Below are positions 29,581-40,119 of a stretch of DNA of 64,000 nt, in pieces (within the stretch, counting starts at the first letter, position 1; each line of letters opens with the position of its first letter). The notes below the pieces were generated by a model that saw only the letters and a program-made list of their open reading frames with translations, made no database searches and was not told where the DNA came from. Origin of the DNA: Candidatus Thermofontivivens primus (GTDB lineage: Bacteria; Sysuimicrobiota; Sysuimicrobiia; Sysuimicrobiales; Thermofontiviventaceae). The DNA lies in contig JAVKJW010000002.1 in the NCBI GenBank assembly GCA_031458695.1, forward strand, positions 96,001-160,000. The letters are read 5' to 3'. Position numbers and translations under genes: made by a program.

Positions 29581-31856
29581 GCGTCCGAGAACTCCCCACA
29601 GCTCAGGAGAGCCTCCGTGCTCCGTGGGAGCTCGCGGGGTTGACACCGGAAGAGTACGAAGAGATCTGCAGACGGCTGGGCAGGGAACCGAACCCCACGG
29701 AGCTGGCCATGTTTGGGGTGATGTGGTCGGAGCACTGCAGCTATAAGCACTCCCGGATTGTGCTGCAAGCACTTCCAACGTCCGGCCCACGCATTCTCCG
29801 GGGACCCGGGGAGAACGCAGGTGTGATCGACATTGGCGACGGGTGGGCTGTGGCCTTCAAAATGGAGAGCCATAACCACCCAAGTGCCGTGGACCCGTTC
29901 AACGGGGCAGCCACTGGTGTAGGGGGGATCATCCGGGATATCCTGGCAATGGGAGCAAGGCCTATCGCCTTGCTCGACTCCCTGCGGTTCGGCCCTCTGG
30001 AGGATCCACGGGCCAGGCGGATGCTCCGGGGAGTAGTCTGTGGGATCTCCACCTACGGCAACGACATCGGCGTCCCCACTGTGGGGGGAGAGGTAGAGAC
30101 AGGGCCCTGGTACACGAAGACCCCCCTCGTCAACGTCGCTTGCTTGGGCCTTCTGCGGGTTGAGTCCATTGCCACGAGCCGTGCTCAGGGCCCTGGGAAC
30201 CTGGTGATGGTGGTGGGCGCACGCACAGGGAGGGACGGGATCCACGGAGCCTCCTTTGCCTCCGCGGAACTCGACGAGGGGAGGGACGAGCGTTCATCTG
30301 TTCAGATCGGTGATCCTTTTACCGGCAAGCTCCTCATTGAGGCAACCCTTGAGGCCCTCGCCACAGGATCGGTGGTGGCCATTCAGGACATGGGCGCGGC
30401 GGGGTTGACCTGTGCTGCGAGCGAGATGGCCGCCCGTGGTGGTGTAGGGATGGTCCTCGATCTGGAGCACGTGCCCAGGCGGGAGACCGGAATGGAGCCT
30501 GTGGAGGTTCTCCTCTCCGAATCCCAGGAGCGCATGCTCATGGTCATCCGGAGAGGGGCGGAGGAGCGCATCAAGGAGATCTTCCGCCGGTGGGGCCTTG
30601 AGGCGGAAGTACTCGGGGAGGTGGTGAGAGAGAAAGTCCTGAGGGTTTCCGACGGTGGGACTCCTGTCGCCGAGCTCCCGCCTGAGGCCCTTGCGGAAGG
30701 GCCCCGCTACAAGCCCGAGGCACGGGAGCCTGCAGGTCTTCAGGATTTCTGGCCTTTGGATCTCTCGGAACTTCCGGAAGTCCCCCCAGGAGAAGCCCTG
30801 CTTACCTTGCTGGCCGACCCCGACATCGCCTCCAAGGAAGCGATCTACGAGCAGTATGACCACATGGTCCAGCTCCGCACGGTAATCCTCCCTGGTGCAG
30901 ATGCCGCCGTGCTCCGCCTCCCCGAGTGTCCATCCAAGGCCCTTGCTCTGGCTGTGGATGGGAAGGGACGGTATGGTGTCCTCGATCCCTACAGGGCAGC
31001 GGTCCTGGCTGTGAGCGAGGCTGCAGCGAACTTGGCCTGCTGCGGAGCCCAGCCTCTTGGCGTAACCGATTGTCTGAACTTCGCCAATCCCGAGGACCCT
31101 GAGGTCTTCTGGACATTTGTACGGTCCGTCGAGGGCCTTTCAGACGCCTGCAGGGCCCTGGACATCCCCATCATCGGGGGGAACGTAAGCTTCTACAACG
31201 AGTCCTCAGCCGGCCCTATCCCGCCCACGGTAGTCGTGGCAATGGTCGGCCTCCTTGAGGATGCCCACCGAATCCCTCGGATCCCCTCAGCGGGGTTCGT
31301 GCAGGAAGGCGACAGGATCCTCCTTGTAGGATCTGGAGCGGGCTCCCAGCCGCCCCTGACATTGGGGGGGAGTTGCTACCTCAAAGCCGTCCATGGTCAA
31401 GTAAGGGGGCGCCCGCCCGAGGTCGATTTGTCGATGCACCGGCGCCTCCTCCGCCTCATGATCGAGGCGGTACGGCGTGGCCTCGTGCGCTCAAGCCACG
31501 ATTGCTCTGACGGGGGCTTTGCTGTGGCCCTGGCGGAGTGCTGCATCCTGGGGCGACTCGGGGCGCATGTGCAGGTTGCGATTCCAGAAGGCAAAGGGCG
31601 GAGGGAGGAGATCCTGTTCGGCGAGGGAGGGTCCCGGATTCTCCTCTCCACCTCTCCAGAGGCGGTCCAATCCCTCCTCTCCCTTGCAGCGGAACACGAC
31701 GTCCCCGTACAGGTCCTTGGGGTCGTAGGGGGCGATCGCCTGGTGATTGGGTCCATGAACTCCGGTATCCCTGGCCAGCCTCTCCTCGATCTCCCAGTCC
31801 GGGACCTGGAGGAGGCCTGGAGGAACGGGTTCCGGCGATGGATGGAAGAAGCCTAG
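29577..31856 (+). CDS. purL: FGAM synthase subunit PurL
   Basis: [40 protein letters not shown]. Confidence 0.98.
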   Translation: MSVRELPTAQESLRAPWELAGLTPEEYEEICRRLGREPNPTELAMFGVMWSEHCSYKHSRIVLQALPTSGPRILRGPGENAGVIDIGDGWAVAFKMESHNHPSAVDPFNGAATGVGGIIRDILAMGARPIALLDSLRFGPLEDPRARRMLRGVVCGISTYGNDIGVPTVGGEVETGPWYTKTPLVNVACLGLLRVESIATSRAQGPGNLVMVVGARTGRDGIHGASFASAELDEGRDERSSVQIGDPFTGKLLIEATLEALATGSVVAIQDMGAAGLTCAASEMAARGGVGMVLDLEHVPRRETGMEPVEVLLSESQERMLMVIRRGAEERIKEIFRRWGLEAEVLGEVVREKVLRVSDGGTPVAELPPEALAEGPRYKPEAREPAGLQDFWPLDLSELPEVPPGEALLTLLADPDIASKEAIYEQYDHMVQLRTVILPGADAAVLRLPECPSKALALAVDGKGRYGVLDPYRAAVLAVSEAAANLACCGAQPLGVTDCLNFANPEDPEVFWTFVRSVEGLSDACRALDIPIIGGNVSFYNESSAGPIPPTVVVAMVGLLEDAHRIPRIPSAGFVQEGDRILLVGSGAGSQPPLTLGGSCYLKAVHGQVRGRPPEVDLSMHRRLLRLMIEAVRRGLVRSSHDCSDGGFAVALAECCILGRLGAHVQVAIPEGKGRREEILFGEGGSRILLSTSPEAVQSLLSLAAEHDVPVQVLGVVGGDRLVIGSMNSGIPGQPLLDLPVRDLEEAWRNGFRRWMEEA

Positions 31857-31867
31857 AGCGCTGAAGA

Positions 31868-33286
31868 ATGATGGGCGATACGCTCAAAGAGGAATGCGGT
31901 GTGGTAGGAGTCTACTGCCAAAGCGGCAAGGCTGCGTCCCTTGCCCTTCTCGCCCTCCACGCCCTCCAACACCGAGGGCAGGAGAGCGCGGGCATCGCTA
32001 CCTCCGACGGGGTTCGAGTCTGGACGCATAAGGGGTTAGGTCTTGTGTCCCAGGTGTTTGATCCAGGACGGCCGCCCGACCTCCCAGGACATCTCGCCGT
32101 CGGTCATGTCCGTTACTCTACCACGGGTTCCACGCGGATCGAGAACGCCCAGCCCTTGACCACCTCCTCCCGTTGGGGTTACCTCGCGCTCGCTCACAAC
32201 GGCAACCTCACCAACGCCGCGGAGCTCAGGGGAAGGCTCGAAAAGGAGGGAAGCTCCTTCGTCTCGACTACAGATAGCGAGGTGATCTCCCACCTCATCG
32301 CGCGGGCTGGAGATCCGACGCTGGAGGGGGCGATCTCCCTGGCGATGGGCGAGCTTGAGGGAGCGTACACCGTGGTTCTGGTCGGGGGCGGGAAGCTGTG
32401 CGGCTTCTGCGACCCGTACGGAATCCGGCCGCTTGTCGTGGGCGAGTTTGCCGATGGGTACATTCTCGCCTCGGAGAGTTGTGCCTTAGATCATGTCGGC
32501 GCACGGTTTGTCGCAGAAGTGGAGCCTGGAGGCCTCGTGGTCATCGAGAGGGGTCAGCTCACTGTCCACCAGGCGCAGCCCCCCCAAGGGACCGCGGGGT
32601 GCGTCTTCGAGTACATCTACTTCGCGCGCCCAGATACGGTATGGAGAGGAAGGAACGTCCATCAAGCCCGGCGGCATATGGGCAGGATCCTGGCACGTGA
32701 GCACCCGGCCGAGGCCGATGTGGTGGTCCCTGTCCCGGACTCTGGCCTTTCCGCGGCCATGGGGTACGCTGAGGCCACCGGCATTCCTCTGGAGATCGGC
32801 CTTGTCAAGAACCGCTATATCGGGAGAACCTTCATCCAGCCAGAACAAGCCATGCGAGACTTCGGAGTCCAGGCCAAGCTGAACCCCGTCCGGGAAGTGG
32901 TACAGGGGCGCAGGATCGTCCTCGTGGACGATTCCATCGTCCGCGGCACCACGAGCAGCAAGATCGTAGGGCTACTTCGGGCTTCGGGCGCTAGGGAGGT
33001 ACACGTGCGCATCAGCTCTCCTCCTATCCGGTTCCCCTGCTTTTACGGGATCGACACGAGCAGCCGAGGGGAGCTCGTGGCCGCGCGGTTGAGCGTGGAG
33101 GAGATCCAACGGCTCATTGGTGCCGACAGCCTGGGTTTCCTCAGCCAGGAGGGACTGGTGGAAGCGCTGGGTTTGGCCCGGGAGGAGCTCTGCATGGCTT
33201 GCCTGGACGGCCGGTACCCGACGAGGATTCCCAGGGAGGGAGAGGCCGGGCGCCAGGCACTGGAGTTCACCCGGCGAATCCGATGA
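31868..33286 (+). CDS. purF: Amidophosphoribosyltransferase
   Basis: Propeptide then ECG, LQHRGQE, HVRYSTTG, VDDSIVRGTT, Fe-S cysteines (CVFEY, PCFYG, CMAC). Confidence 0.98.
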   Translation: MMGDTLKEECGVVGVYCQSGKAASLALLALHALQHRGQESAGIATSDGVRVWTHKGLGLVSQVFDPGRPPDLPGHLAVGHVRYSTTGSTRIENAQPLTTSSRWGYLALAHNGNLTNAAELRGRLEKEGSSFVSTTDSEVISHLIARAGDPTLEGAISLAMGELEGAYTVVLVGGGKLCGFCDPYGIRPLVVGEFADGYILASESCALDHVGARFVAEVEPGGLVVIERGQLTVHQAQPPQGTAGCVFEYIYFARPDTVWRGRNVHQARRHMGRILAREHPAEADVVVPVPDSGLSAAMGYAEATGIPLEIGLVKNRYIGRTFIQPEQAMRDFGVQAKLNPVREVVQGRRIVLVDDSIVRGTTSSKIVGLLRASGAREVHVRISSPPIRFPCFYGIDTSSRGELVAARLSVEEIQRLIGADSLGFLSQEGLVEALGLAREELCMACLDGRYPTRIPREGEAGRQALEFTRRIR

Positions 33287-34338
33287 ACCGCAGAGGGAAT
33301 GGGGAGATGAATGCTCAGGGTCTTACCTATCGCGATGCCGGAGTGGACCAGGAGAAGAAGGAAGCCCTTCTCCGCAAGCTTGGAGAACGGATCCGTACTA
33401 CCTTTACACCGGATGTGTTAGGGAACGTGGGGTTGTTCGGCGGCCTTTACGCCCTAGGCCCGGGAGCGTCCGATCCTGTGCTTGTTTCCTCGGTGGATGG
33501 CGTGGGGACGAAGACGAAGGTCGCGCGCGAGACGGGACGTTTCGAGGTAATTGGGAGGGATGTCGTAGCCCACTGTGCCAACGACGTCGCTGTCCACGGG
33601 GCGCGGCCTTTGTTCTTCCTCGACTACGTCGCCATGGGCTGTCTGGAGCCAGGAGTGCTGGAAGCGCTCCTCGAGGGGATGGTCCAGGAGTGCAAAAAGA
33701 CAGGCCTCGCCCTCGTGGGTGGGGAGACAGCGGAGATGCCGGGGATCTACCTCCCGGGAGAGTTGGATGTCGTTGGGTGCGTGGTCGGGATGGTCCCTCG
33801 GGCGAGGCTGATGGATGGGAGCGCTATAACCCCCGGAGATCTGCTCATAGGCCTTGCCTCAAGCGGCCTCCACACCAACGGGTACTCCCTTGCTCGTCAT
33901 GTTCTGGCGAAGGCCGGGATATCCCTTGATGCATGGCCAGTCGGCCTTGATGCACCCCTTGGGGAAATTCTCATGCGCCCGCATAGGAACTATGCTCCGG
34001 CGATCCTCCAGGTCGTGCAGGAAGAGGAGGTCCATGGCATCGCCCACATCACAGGAGGAGGCCTTCCCGGAAACCTCGTCCGTATCCTTCCCCCCGGTTG
34101 TCATGCGGTGATCCGGCGGGGGAGCTGGCTCGTTCCTCCTATCTTCTCCTTCCTCCAGGAGGTGGGGAGCATCTCTGAGGAGGAGATGTTCCGCACCTTC
34201 AACATGGGGATCGGGCTGGTTCTTGTCGTACCTCCCCACGCTGTGGAGAAGGTGATGCGCCTGCTCCACCAGCGGGGGGAACAGGCCTTCCCCATCGGGG
34301 AGGTCCGGCCCGGCCAGCAGGGAGTGGAGATCCGGTGA
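33283..34338 (+). CDS. purM: AIR synthetase
   Basis: YRDAGVD, DGVGTK, GGETAEMPG, GLHTNGYSL, HITGGG; start could be 33307. Confidence 0.97.
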   Translation: MNRRGNGEMNAQGLTYRDAGVDQEKKEALLRKLGERIRTTFTPDVLGNVGLFGGLYALGPGASDPVLVSSVDGVGTKTKVARETGRFEVIGRDVVAHCANDVAVHGARPLFFLDYVAMGCLEPGVLEALLEGMVQECKKTGLALVGGETAEMPGIYLPGELDVVGCVVGMVPRARLMDGSAITPGDLLIGLASSGLHTNGYSLARHVLAKAGISLDAWPVGLDAPLGEILMRPHRNYAPAILQVVQEEEVHGIAHITGGGLPGNLVRILPPGCHAVIRRGSWLVPPIFSFLQEVGSISEEEMFRTFNMGIGLVLVVPPHAVEKVMRLLHQRGEQAFPIGEVRPGQQGVEIR

Positions 34339-34988
34339 TCCGCCTTGGGGTCCTCGTCTCAGGAAAGGGAACCACGTTGCAGGCAATTTTGGATGCCTGT
34401 TCCCGTGGGCTTATCGATGCGGAGGTGGTTGTGGTCATTTCTAACAACCCTGAGGCTTTCGCCTTGGAGCGTGCCCGGCGGGCTGGGGTTGAGGCGATTG
34501 TCATCAACCACAGGGATTTCCCTGACCGCCCTTCCTTTGAGAGAAAGCTGGCTGAGGAGCTAGAGCAACGCAAGGTAGATCTCGTCTGTCTTGCAGGCTT
34601 CCTGCGGATCCTCACTCCGGTGTTCGTCGAGAGGTTCAGGGGGCGCATCATGAACATCCACCCCGCCCTCCTCCCGGCATTCGGGGGGAAGGGGATGTAC
34701 GGCGAACGGGTCCACGCGGCGGTCCTGGCTTCTGGGGCGAGGGTCTCCGGGTGTACGGTGCACTTCGTGGACGAGACACCGGACGGGGGGCCGATCATCC
34801 TCCAGGCAGTCGTTCCTGTCCTGGACGGGGACACCGTAGAGACTCTGGCGGCGCGGGTAGCCAGGGAAGAGCACCGGTTGTACCCTCTCGCCATCCAGCT
34901 GTTCGCCGAGGGAAGGCTGGAGGTCCACGGCAAGCGCGTGGTGGTTGTGCCCCGTGAATCGGAAGTGGTGAGAAGGTCCAAACCGTGA
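34335..34988 (+). CDS. purN: GAR transformylase
   Basis: SGKGTTL, LAGFLRIL, NIHPALLP, GCTVHFV. Confidence 0.97.
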   Translation: MIRLGVLVSGKGTTLQAILDACSRGLIDAEVVVVISNNPEAFALERARRAGVEAIVINHRDFPDRPSFERKLAEELEQRKVDLVCLAGFLRILTPVFVERFRGRIMNIHPALLPAFGGKGMYGERVHAAVLASGARVSGCTVHFVDETPDGGPIILQAVVPVLDGDTVETLAARVAREEHRLYPLAIQLFAEGRLEVHGKRVVVVPRESEVVRRSKP

Positions 34989-35020
34989 GAACTGTGCATG
35001 GGATGCGAGGTGAGGGAGCT

Positions 35021-36565
35021 GTGCGCGTAGCGAGGGCGCTCCTCAGTGTGTATGACAAAACAGGCCTGGTGGAGTTCGCGAAGGACCTGGAAGCGCTCGG
35101 AGTGGAACTGATCTCCACCGAAGGAACCGGTCGCCTCCTGCGGGAAGCTGGGTTGCCTGTGCGCTTTGTCTCTGAGCTCACCGGCTTCCCGGAGGTGCTG
35201 GACGGCCGGGTGAAGACCTTGCACCCTGCCATATTCGCCGCGATCCTCGCCCGACGTGGGCGGGAGGACGACGAGCGCCAGCTCAGGGAGCTGGGCCTTG
35301 ATCCCATCGACCTGGTGGTCATAAACCTCTACCCGTTTGAACGTGCCGTTATGGAGCTACCCCTGGGTGAGGCCCTCGAGTACATCGACATTGGAGGAGT
35401 TGCCCTCCTGCGCGCCGCCGCGAAGAACTGGCCGTGGGTGGGAGTCGTCAGCCACCCTCGGCAGTATCCCGTAGTCCTCGCAGCGCTCCGACAGGGGGGA
35501 GGGAAGCTTCCAGAGGATCTCCGGAGGAAGCTTGCCTGGGAAGCTTTCCAGGCCACGGCCACATACGATGCTGCTATCGCTGCCTTTCTGGGGGAACCTC
35601 TCCAGGGCTTCTCAGCGGGGGGCGAACTGCCTCAGCAGGTGCTCCTGAGCTTGAGGAAGGTCCAGGATCTCCGCTACGGGGAGAACCCTCACCAGCAGGG
35701 GGCTCTTTATCGAATCCTTGGAGCCCCCGTGGGTCCCTTGGTTGGGGCGAGGCTGCTTCATGGAAAGGCACTCTCCTACAATAACTTCCTTGATCTCGAG
35801 GTGGCCTGGGGCTTGGTCAACGAGTTCTCGGAGCCAGCAGCCTGTATCATCAAGCATGCCAGCCCGTGCGGGGTGGGGGTCGCGCGAACTTTAGAGGAGG
35901 CGTACAGGAAGGCCAGGGAGGCTGACCCCGTCTCCAGCTTCGGAGGCATCGTTGGGTTGAACCAGGAGGTGGATGGGGCTACCGCTCGGGAGATCTCCAC
36001 GTTGTTCGTCGAGGCCGTGATCGCCCCTGGATTCGCTGCGGAGGCCCTGGAGATCCTCTCCCGCAAGAAGAACCTGAGGATCCTCGCCGCTGGAGGGCCA
36101 CCACAGGTGGAGTGGGAGTTCCGAAGCGTTTCCGGGGGTATTCTGGTTCAAGAAGTCGATCGCGCGCCTTTCGCGGAAAGTTCCCTGACCTTCGTCACCT
36201 CGCACAAGCCCACGCCAGAGCAGATGGAAGAGATGCGATTCGCCTGGAAGGTCGTGAAGTGGGCGAAGTCCAATGCCATCGTCATTGCGAGGGACCGGCA
36301 AACGGTAGGGATCGGGGCAGGTCAGCCCAATCGCGTCGACGCCGTACGCATTGCTGTTCGGCGCGCCGGAGAAAAAGCGCAGGGGGCCGTGTTGGCTTCC
36401 GATGGATTCTTCCCCTTCCCCGATGGGGTGGAAGAGGCTGCCCGCGCTGGCGTCACCGCCATCATCCAGCCCGGAGGCTCGGTGCGAGACGCAGAGGTCA
36501 TCGCTGCTGCCCAGGCGCACGGGATCGCCATGGTCCTCACGGGCGTCCGGCACTTCCGCCACTGA
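35021..36565 (+). CDS. purH: Bifunctional AICAR transformylase/IMP cyclohydrolase
   Basis: [42 protein letters not shown]; start could be 34985. Confidence 0.97.
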   Translation: MRVARALLSVYDKTGLVEFAKDLEALGVELISTEGTGRLLREAGLPVRFVSELTGFPEVLDGRVKTLHPAIFAAILARRGREDDERQLRELGLDPIDLVVINLYPFERAVMELPLGEALEYIDIGGVALLRAAAKNWPWVGVVSHPRQYPVVLAALRQGGGKLPEDLRRKLAWEAFQATATYDAAIAAFLGEPLQGFSAGGELPQQVLLSLRKVQDLRYGENPHQQGALYRILGAPVGPLVGARLLHGKALSYNNFLDLEVAWGLVNEFSEPAACIIKHASPCGVGVARTLEEAYRKAREADPVSSFGGIVGLNQEVDGATAREISTLFVEAVIAPGFAAEALEILSRKKNLRILAAGGPPQVEWEFRSVSGGILVQEVDRAPFAESSLTFVTSHKPTPEQMEEMRFAWKVVKWAKSNAIVIARDRQTVGIGAGQPNRVDAVRIAVRRAGEKAQGAVLASDGFFPFPDGVEEAARAGVTAIIQPGGSVRDAEVIAAAQAHGIAMVLTGVRHFRH

Positions 36566-36578
36566 GGCCTCCACGAGG

Positions 36579-36620
36579 TTGACATACCCTACAGGGTATG
36601 GTAATATACCCTCGGGGTGC
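36579..36620 (+). promoter_or_regulatory. Promoter with CsoR/CstR-type operators
   Basis: TTGACA-N17-TAATAT; palindrome CATACCCT-AC-AGGGTATG (36583-36600) and second site ATACCCTCGGGGTG. Confidence 0.85.
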
Positions 36621-36646
36621 ACAATCTTCCCGGAGGTGGAAAAACC

Positions 36647-36862
36647 ATGAAAGGCTGCGTCGGGACGCTGGATCGTGTGATCCGTGGGTTGGTTGGTGTT
36701 GTGCTCCTTGCCATTGGCCTGACCCATGCAGGGGGAATTTCGCAGGGGTGGGCGTACCTGGCGGATCTCTTGGGGGTGATCGGTATCGTGACAGGGTTGG
36801 CTGGATACTGTCCCTTGTACCTCCTGCTGGGGATCCAGACCTGCCCTGCGAAGAGGGCATAG
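36647..36862 (+). CDS. DUF2892 (YgaP-like) membrane protein
   Basis: VGTLDRVIR, GYCPLYLLLGIQTC. Confidence 0.88.
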   Translation: MKGCVGTLDRVIRGLVGVVLLAIGLTHAGGISQGWAYLADLLGVIGIVTGLAGYCPLYLLLGIQTCPAKRA

Positions 36863-36921
36863 GGAATCTGGGCTGAACGGGTCTTCCTGTGCAAGCCCCC
36901 GGCAACCATGGGGAGAAGAGG

Positions 36922-37221
36922 ATGACGCTGCATCCGCGCCTTGGGATGGAACGCAACTTCACGGATCTGCTCTCCCCAGAAGACAGAGCAGAACTCCACC
37001 GTCGTTTGCGGCGGATTGAGGGCCAGGTGCGTGGAGTGGAGCACATGCTGGATACTCAACGGTCCTGCGAAGAGATTGTCCAGCAGCTCGCCGCGATCAA
37101 GGCAGCGGTCCACCAGGCTGGCCTCGAGCTGCTCCGCCGTCTCCTGGTGAGCTGCACAAGGGGAGGGAGGGGATCTACGGAGATCTCCCACCTCTTGGAG
37201 TTGTTCAATCGCTTTGCCTGA
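36922..37221 (+). CDS. CsoR/RcnR family repressor (CstR-like)
   Basis: RLRRIEGQVRGV, SCEEIVQQLAAIKAA, LLVSC; start could be 36946. Confidence 0.9.
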   Translation: MTLHPRLGMERNFTDLLSPEDRAELHRRLRRIEGQVRGVEHMLDTQRSCEEIVQQLAAIKAAVHQAGLELLRRLLVSCTRGGRGSTEISHLLELFNRFA

Positions 37222-37318
37222 GTTCCCCACGAACTCCCTTGGTTTCAGATTTGGCGGGGGAGGTGGTGATGTGCCGTCTTTCTCCCTGTGGGGAGTGGCT
37301 GCTGTGAGGTGATGTCCA

Positions 37319-38659
37319 ATGGGCCAGAGGCTCATCGTTGTGGGAGGCTCGGCGGCCGGGATGAGCGCAGCAGCGAAAGCGCGCCGGACGAACGAGAACT
37401 TGGAGATCGTTGTCTATGAGAAGTCTCGATTTGTGAGCTATGGCTCGTGCGGCTTTCCGTATTTCCTGAAGGGTGAGATCCCTCGCATAGAGGACCTCAT
37501 TGTGCGCACACCCCAGGAATTTTTCAAGCAGGGGATCCATGCCAAGATTCGACACCAGGTTCTGTTCATCGACCCACAGGAACGCACCATGCAAGTGCGC
37601 AACCTTGAGACGGGAGAAGAGTTCACAGAGCATTGGGATAAATTGATCCTGACCACTGGTGGTATTGCCGCTCGCCCTCCCATCCGAGGCCTCGCCCTTG
37701 CGGGGATCTTCACCCTGCGTACCCCAGAGGATGCGCTGGCTGTCCATGCGTGGCTGGAGCAGGCGGACGTGAAGTGGGGTGTGATTGTGGGGGGAGGCTA
37801 CATCGGGTTGGAGATGGCCGAGGCCCTGGCGGCGCGTGGACTCCATGTGACCCTGGTGGAGATGCTGCCCCAGGTGATGCCGGGGATGGATCCAGAGATG
37901 GCTGCGCACGTTCTGGAGGAGTTAAGACGGAATCAGGTGGACGTGCGCCTTGAGCACCCTGTTGAGGCGTTCGAAGGCGATGGCCGCGTGCGCGCAGTGA
38001 TGGCTGGCGGGGAACGCTTCCCAGCGGATGTGGTCATCCTCAGCGTGGGAGTGAAACCGGAGGTCGCTCTCGCACGTGCTGCCGGGATCGCCCTTGGTCC
38101 AACAGGGGCGGTGGCTGTGGATGATCACCAACGAACCAACCTCCCCGAAGTCTGGGCCGCAGGAGATGTGGCTGAGGCCCTTCACTTGGTTACAGGGAAA
38201 CCTGCTTACATCCCCCTCGGCACGACCGCGAACAAGCAGGGGCGTGTGGCCGGGGCCAACGCAGCAGGCGGGGATGCGATCTTCCCGGGCGTCGTAGGAA
38301 CTGCGGTGGTCAAGGTGTTCGACCTCGAGGTTGCGCACACCGGGCTCTCAGAGCGCTCCGCGCGTGCAGAGGGATATGACGTGGAGACCGTCACGATCTC
38401 CGCCCCCGCGAGGGCCCACTACATGCCCTACCACCCGCCCATCCATCTCAAGCTCGTATTTGAACGAGGTTCGCAGCGGTTATTGGGCGCTCAAATGGTG
38501 GGCCAGGAGGGGGTTGCAAAGCGCATCGATGTCCTGGCTGCCGCCCTTTCTGCCCGATGGACCACGTATGACTTGGCAGGTCTAGATCTCAGTTATGCCC
38601 CTCCATTCGCTCCTGTCTGGGACCCCATCCTTGTTGCGGCAAACGTGGCCAACCGCTGA
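37319..38659 (+). CDS. CoA-disulfide reductase / NADH oxidase family flavoprotein
   Basis: GGSAAGMSAA, SYGSCGFPY, GGGYIGLE, LGTTANKQG, DLSYAPPF. Confidence 0.9.
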   Translation: MGQRLIVVGGSAAGMSAAAKARRTNENLEIVVYEKSRFVSYGSCGFPYFLKGEIPRIEDLIVRTPQEFFKQGIHAKIRHQVLFIDPQERTMQVRNLETGEEFTEHWDKLILTTGGIAARPPIRGLALAGIFTLRTPEDALAVHAWLEQADVKWGVIVGGGYIGLEMAEALAARGLHVTLVEMLPQVMPGMDPEMAAHVLEELRRNQVDVRLEHPVEAFEGDGRVRAVMAGGERFPADVVILSVGVKPEVALARAAGIALGPTGAVAVDDHQRTNLPEVWAAGDVAEALHLVTGKPAYIPLGTTANKQGRVAGANAAGGDAIFPGVVGTAVVKVFDLEVAHTGLSERSARAEGYDVETVTISAPARAHYMPYHPPIHLKLVFERGSQRLLGAQMVGQEGVAKRIDVLAAALSARWTTYDLAGLDLSYAPPFAPVWDPILVAANVANR

Positions 38660-38670
38660 CTGCCGCAAAC

Positions 38671-38700
38671 TTGCATTGACCACGATCTATCTGATATAAT
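38671..38700 (+). promoter_or_regulatory. Promoter upstream of yabE-like gene
   Basis: TTGCAT-N18-TATAAT with extended -10 TG. Confidence 0.6.
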
Positions 38701-38903
38701 ACGCTCGTTAGAATTTTCAATAGATGAAGTTCCTCTCACTTGTGCAATTGCCGAGGAAGTAGCCTAGCAAATTCCTGTCAAATTTTGGTGGGGTCCTGAT
38801 TTTTAGTGATACCTCGGCAAGAGCTAAAAAAGTTTCGGCGGGCTAGAGGTCACTCACCGGATTCCGTTCCGAGCGAGTAGGCGGAGAGGACGCGGTCAAA
38901 CGG

Positions 38904-39920
38904 ATGGAAGGCAACGGGACACAACCGGATGCGCTTCGTCCTGTGCTTGCGGGGATTGTCCTCGGCACAGCTGTTGCAGTTTTCCTCGTGAGCACAGGCG
39001 CCGTTTCTCTCCTCCGCAAACAGGTGACCATCCAGGTGGATGGGGAGCGGCGTGCCATCCGTACCTACCGATCCACCGTGGGAGAGGTTCTGGAGGAGGC
39101 GCGGGTCACCTTCGCTCCTCAGGACGTTGTGACCCCTCCTGTAGGGACACGGGTCAAGGATGGGATGGAGATCAGCGTCCGGCATGCTATCCCCGTGGTG
39201 ATCCTCGCTGACGGACGCGAGGTGAAAGTACATACCACCGCGGCCACCGTGCGAGAGATTCTTGCGCACCAGAATATCTCCCTTGGGCCAAAGGACAAGG
39301 TCTACCCATCCCTGGATGCACAGCCTTGGGCGGGCGCGCGCATCCGGGTTGTGCGCATCGAAGAGAAGATCCTGTCCATGCGCCTCCCCATCCCGTACCG
39401 AACGGTCCAAAGGCCCGATCCTCATCTCACCGTCGGGACAACGCGGATCGTGCGATCCGGCGAGCCGGGTTTCAAAGAGAAGCTGATCCTGCTCACCTAT
39501 GTCGATGGGAGGCTCATCAGCCAGAAGGAGCTGGGAGAGCGCGTGGTCAAGGATCCCATCGACCGTCTCATCCTCTACGGGAGGCGGTTCCCCATCGCTT
39601 CACGTGGGGCGTTCTTGGGGCGGGAGTATATCGAGATGCTTGCCACTGCCTATTACCCAGGTCCCAAAAACTTCGGTGGGGGAGTGGACGAGGTGACAGC
39701 CATCGGCCTTCGGGCTGGCCGGGGGGTTGTGGCTGTAGATCCCAGGGTGATCCCCCTGCGAACCAAGCTCTATATCGAAGGCTATGGCTACGCGATCGCC
39801 GGGGATACTGGAGGACGGATCAAAGGACTGCGCATCGACCTAGGGTTTGATACCTATCGAGATGCGATCCGCTTCGGCAAGCGCAGGGTGCGCGTGTACA
39901 TACTTGAACGTCCTGACTAA
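38904..39920 (+). CDS. YabE-like protein (DUF348 repeats, G5 and 3D domains)
   Basis: N-terminal TM, TVGEVL/TVREIL repeats, G5 region, 3D AVDPRVIPL...AGDTGGRIKGLRIDL. Confidence 0.92.
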   Translation: MEGNGTQPDALRPVLAGIVLGTAVAVFLVSTGAVSLLRKQVTIQVDGERRAIRTYRSTVGEVLEEARVTFAPQDVVTPPVGTRVKDGMEISVRHAIPVVILADGREVKVHTTAATVREILAHQNISLGPKDKVYPSLDAQPWAGARIRVVRIEEKILSMRLPIPYRTVQRPDPHLTVGTTRIVRSGEPGFKEKLILLTYVDGRLISQKELGERVVKDPIDRLILYGRRFPIASRGAFLGREYIEMLATAYYPGPKNFGGGVDEVTAIGLRAGRGVVAVDPRVIPLRTKLYIEGYGYAIAGDTGGRIKGLRIDLGFDTYRDAIRFGKRRVRVYILERPD

Positions 39921-40119
39921 GATCCCTCACGGTTTGCTACACGACCGGCTTGCTTGATCCTCTGCCGCTTTCGCGATACGATAGACTTGCAGTGGCTCCC
40001 GAGAGCTGAGGAGATACGAGGGAAGTGCGGGCGTGATGCCCCGGCGAAAGTCAAAAAGGCCTTTGCTTGGGCACTTGAGACGGGGCGGCTTGGCCTTGAC
40101 CCGCTACCCAAAGGACGCA

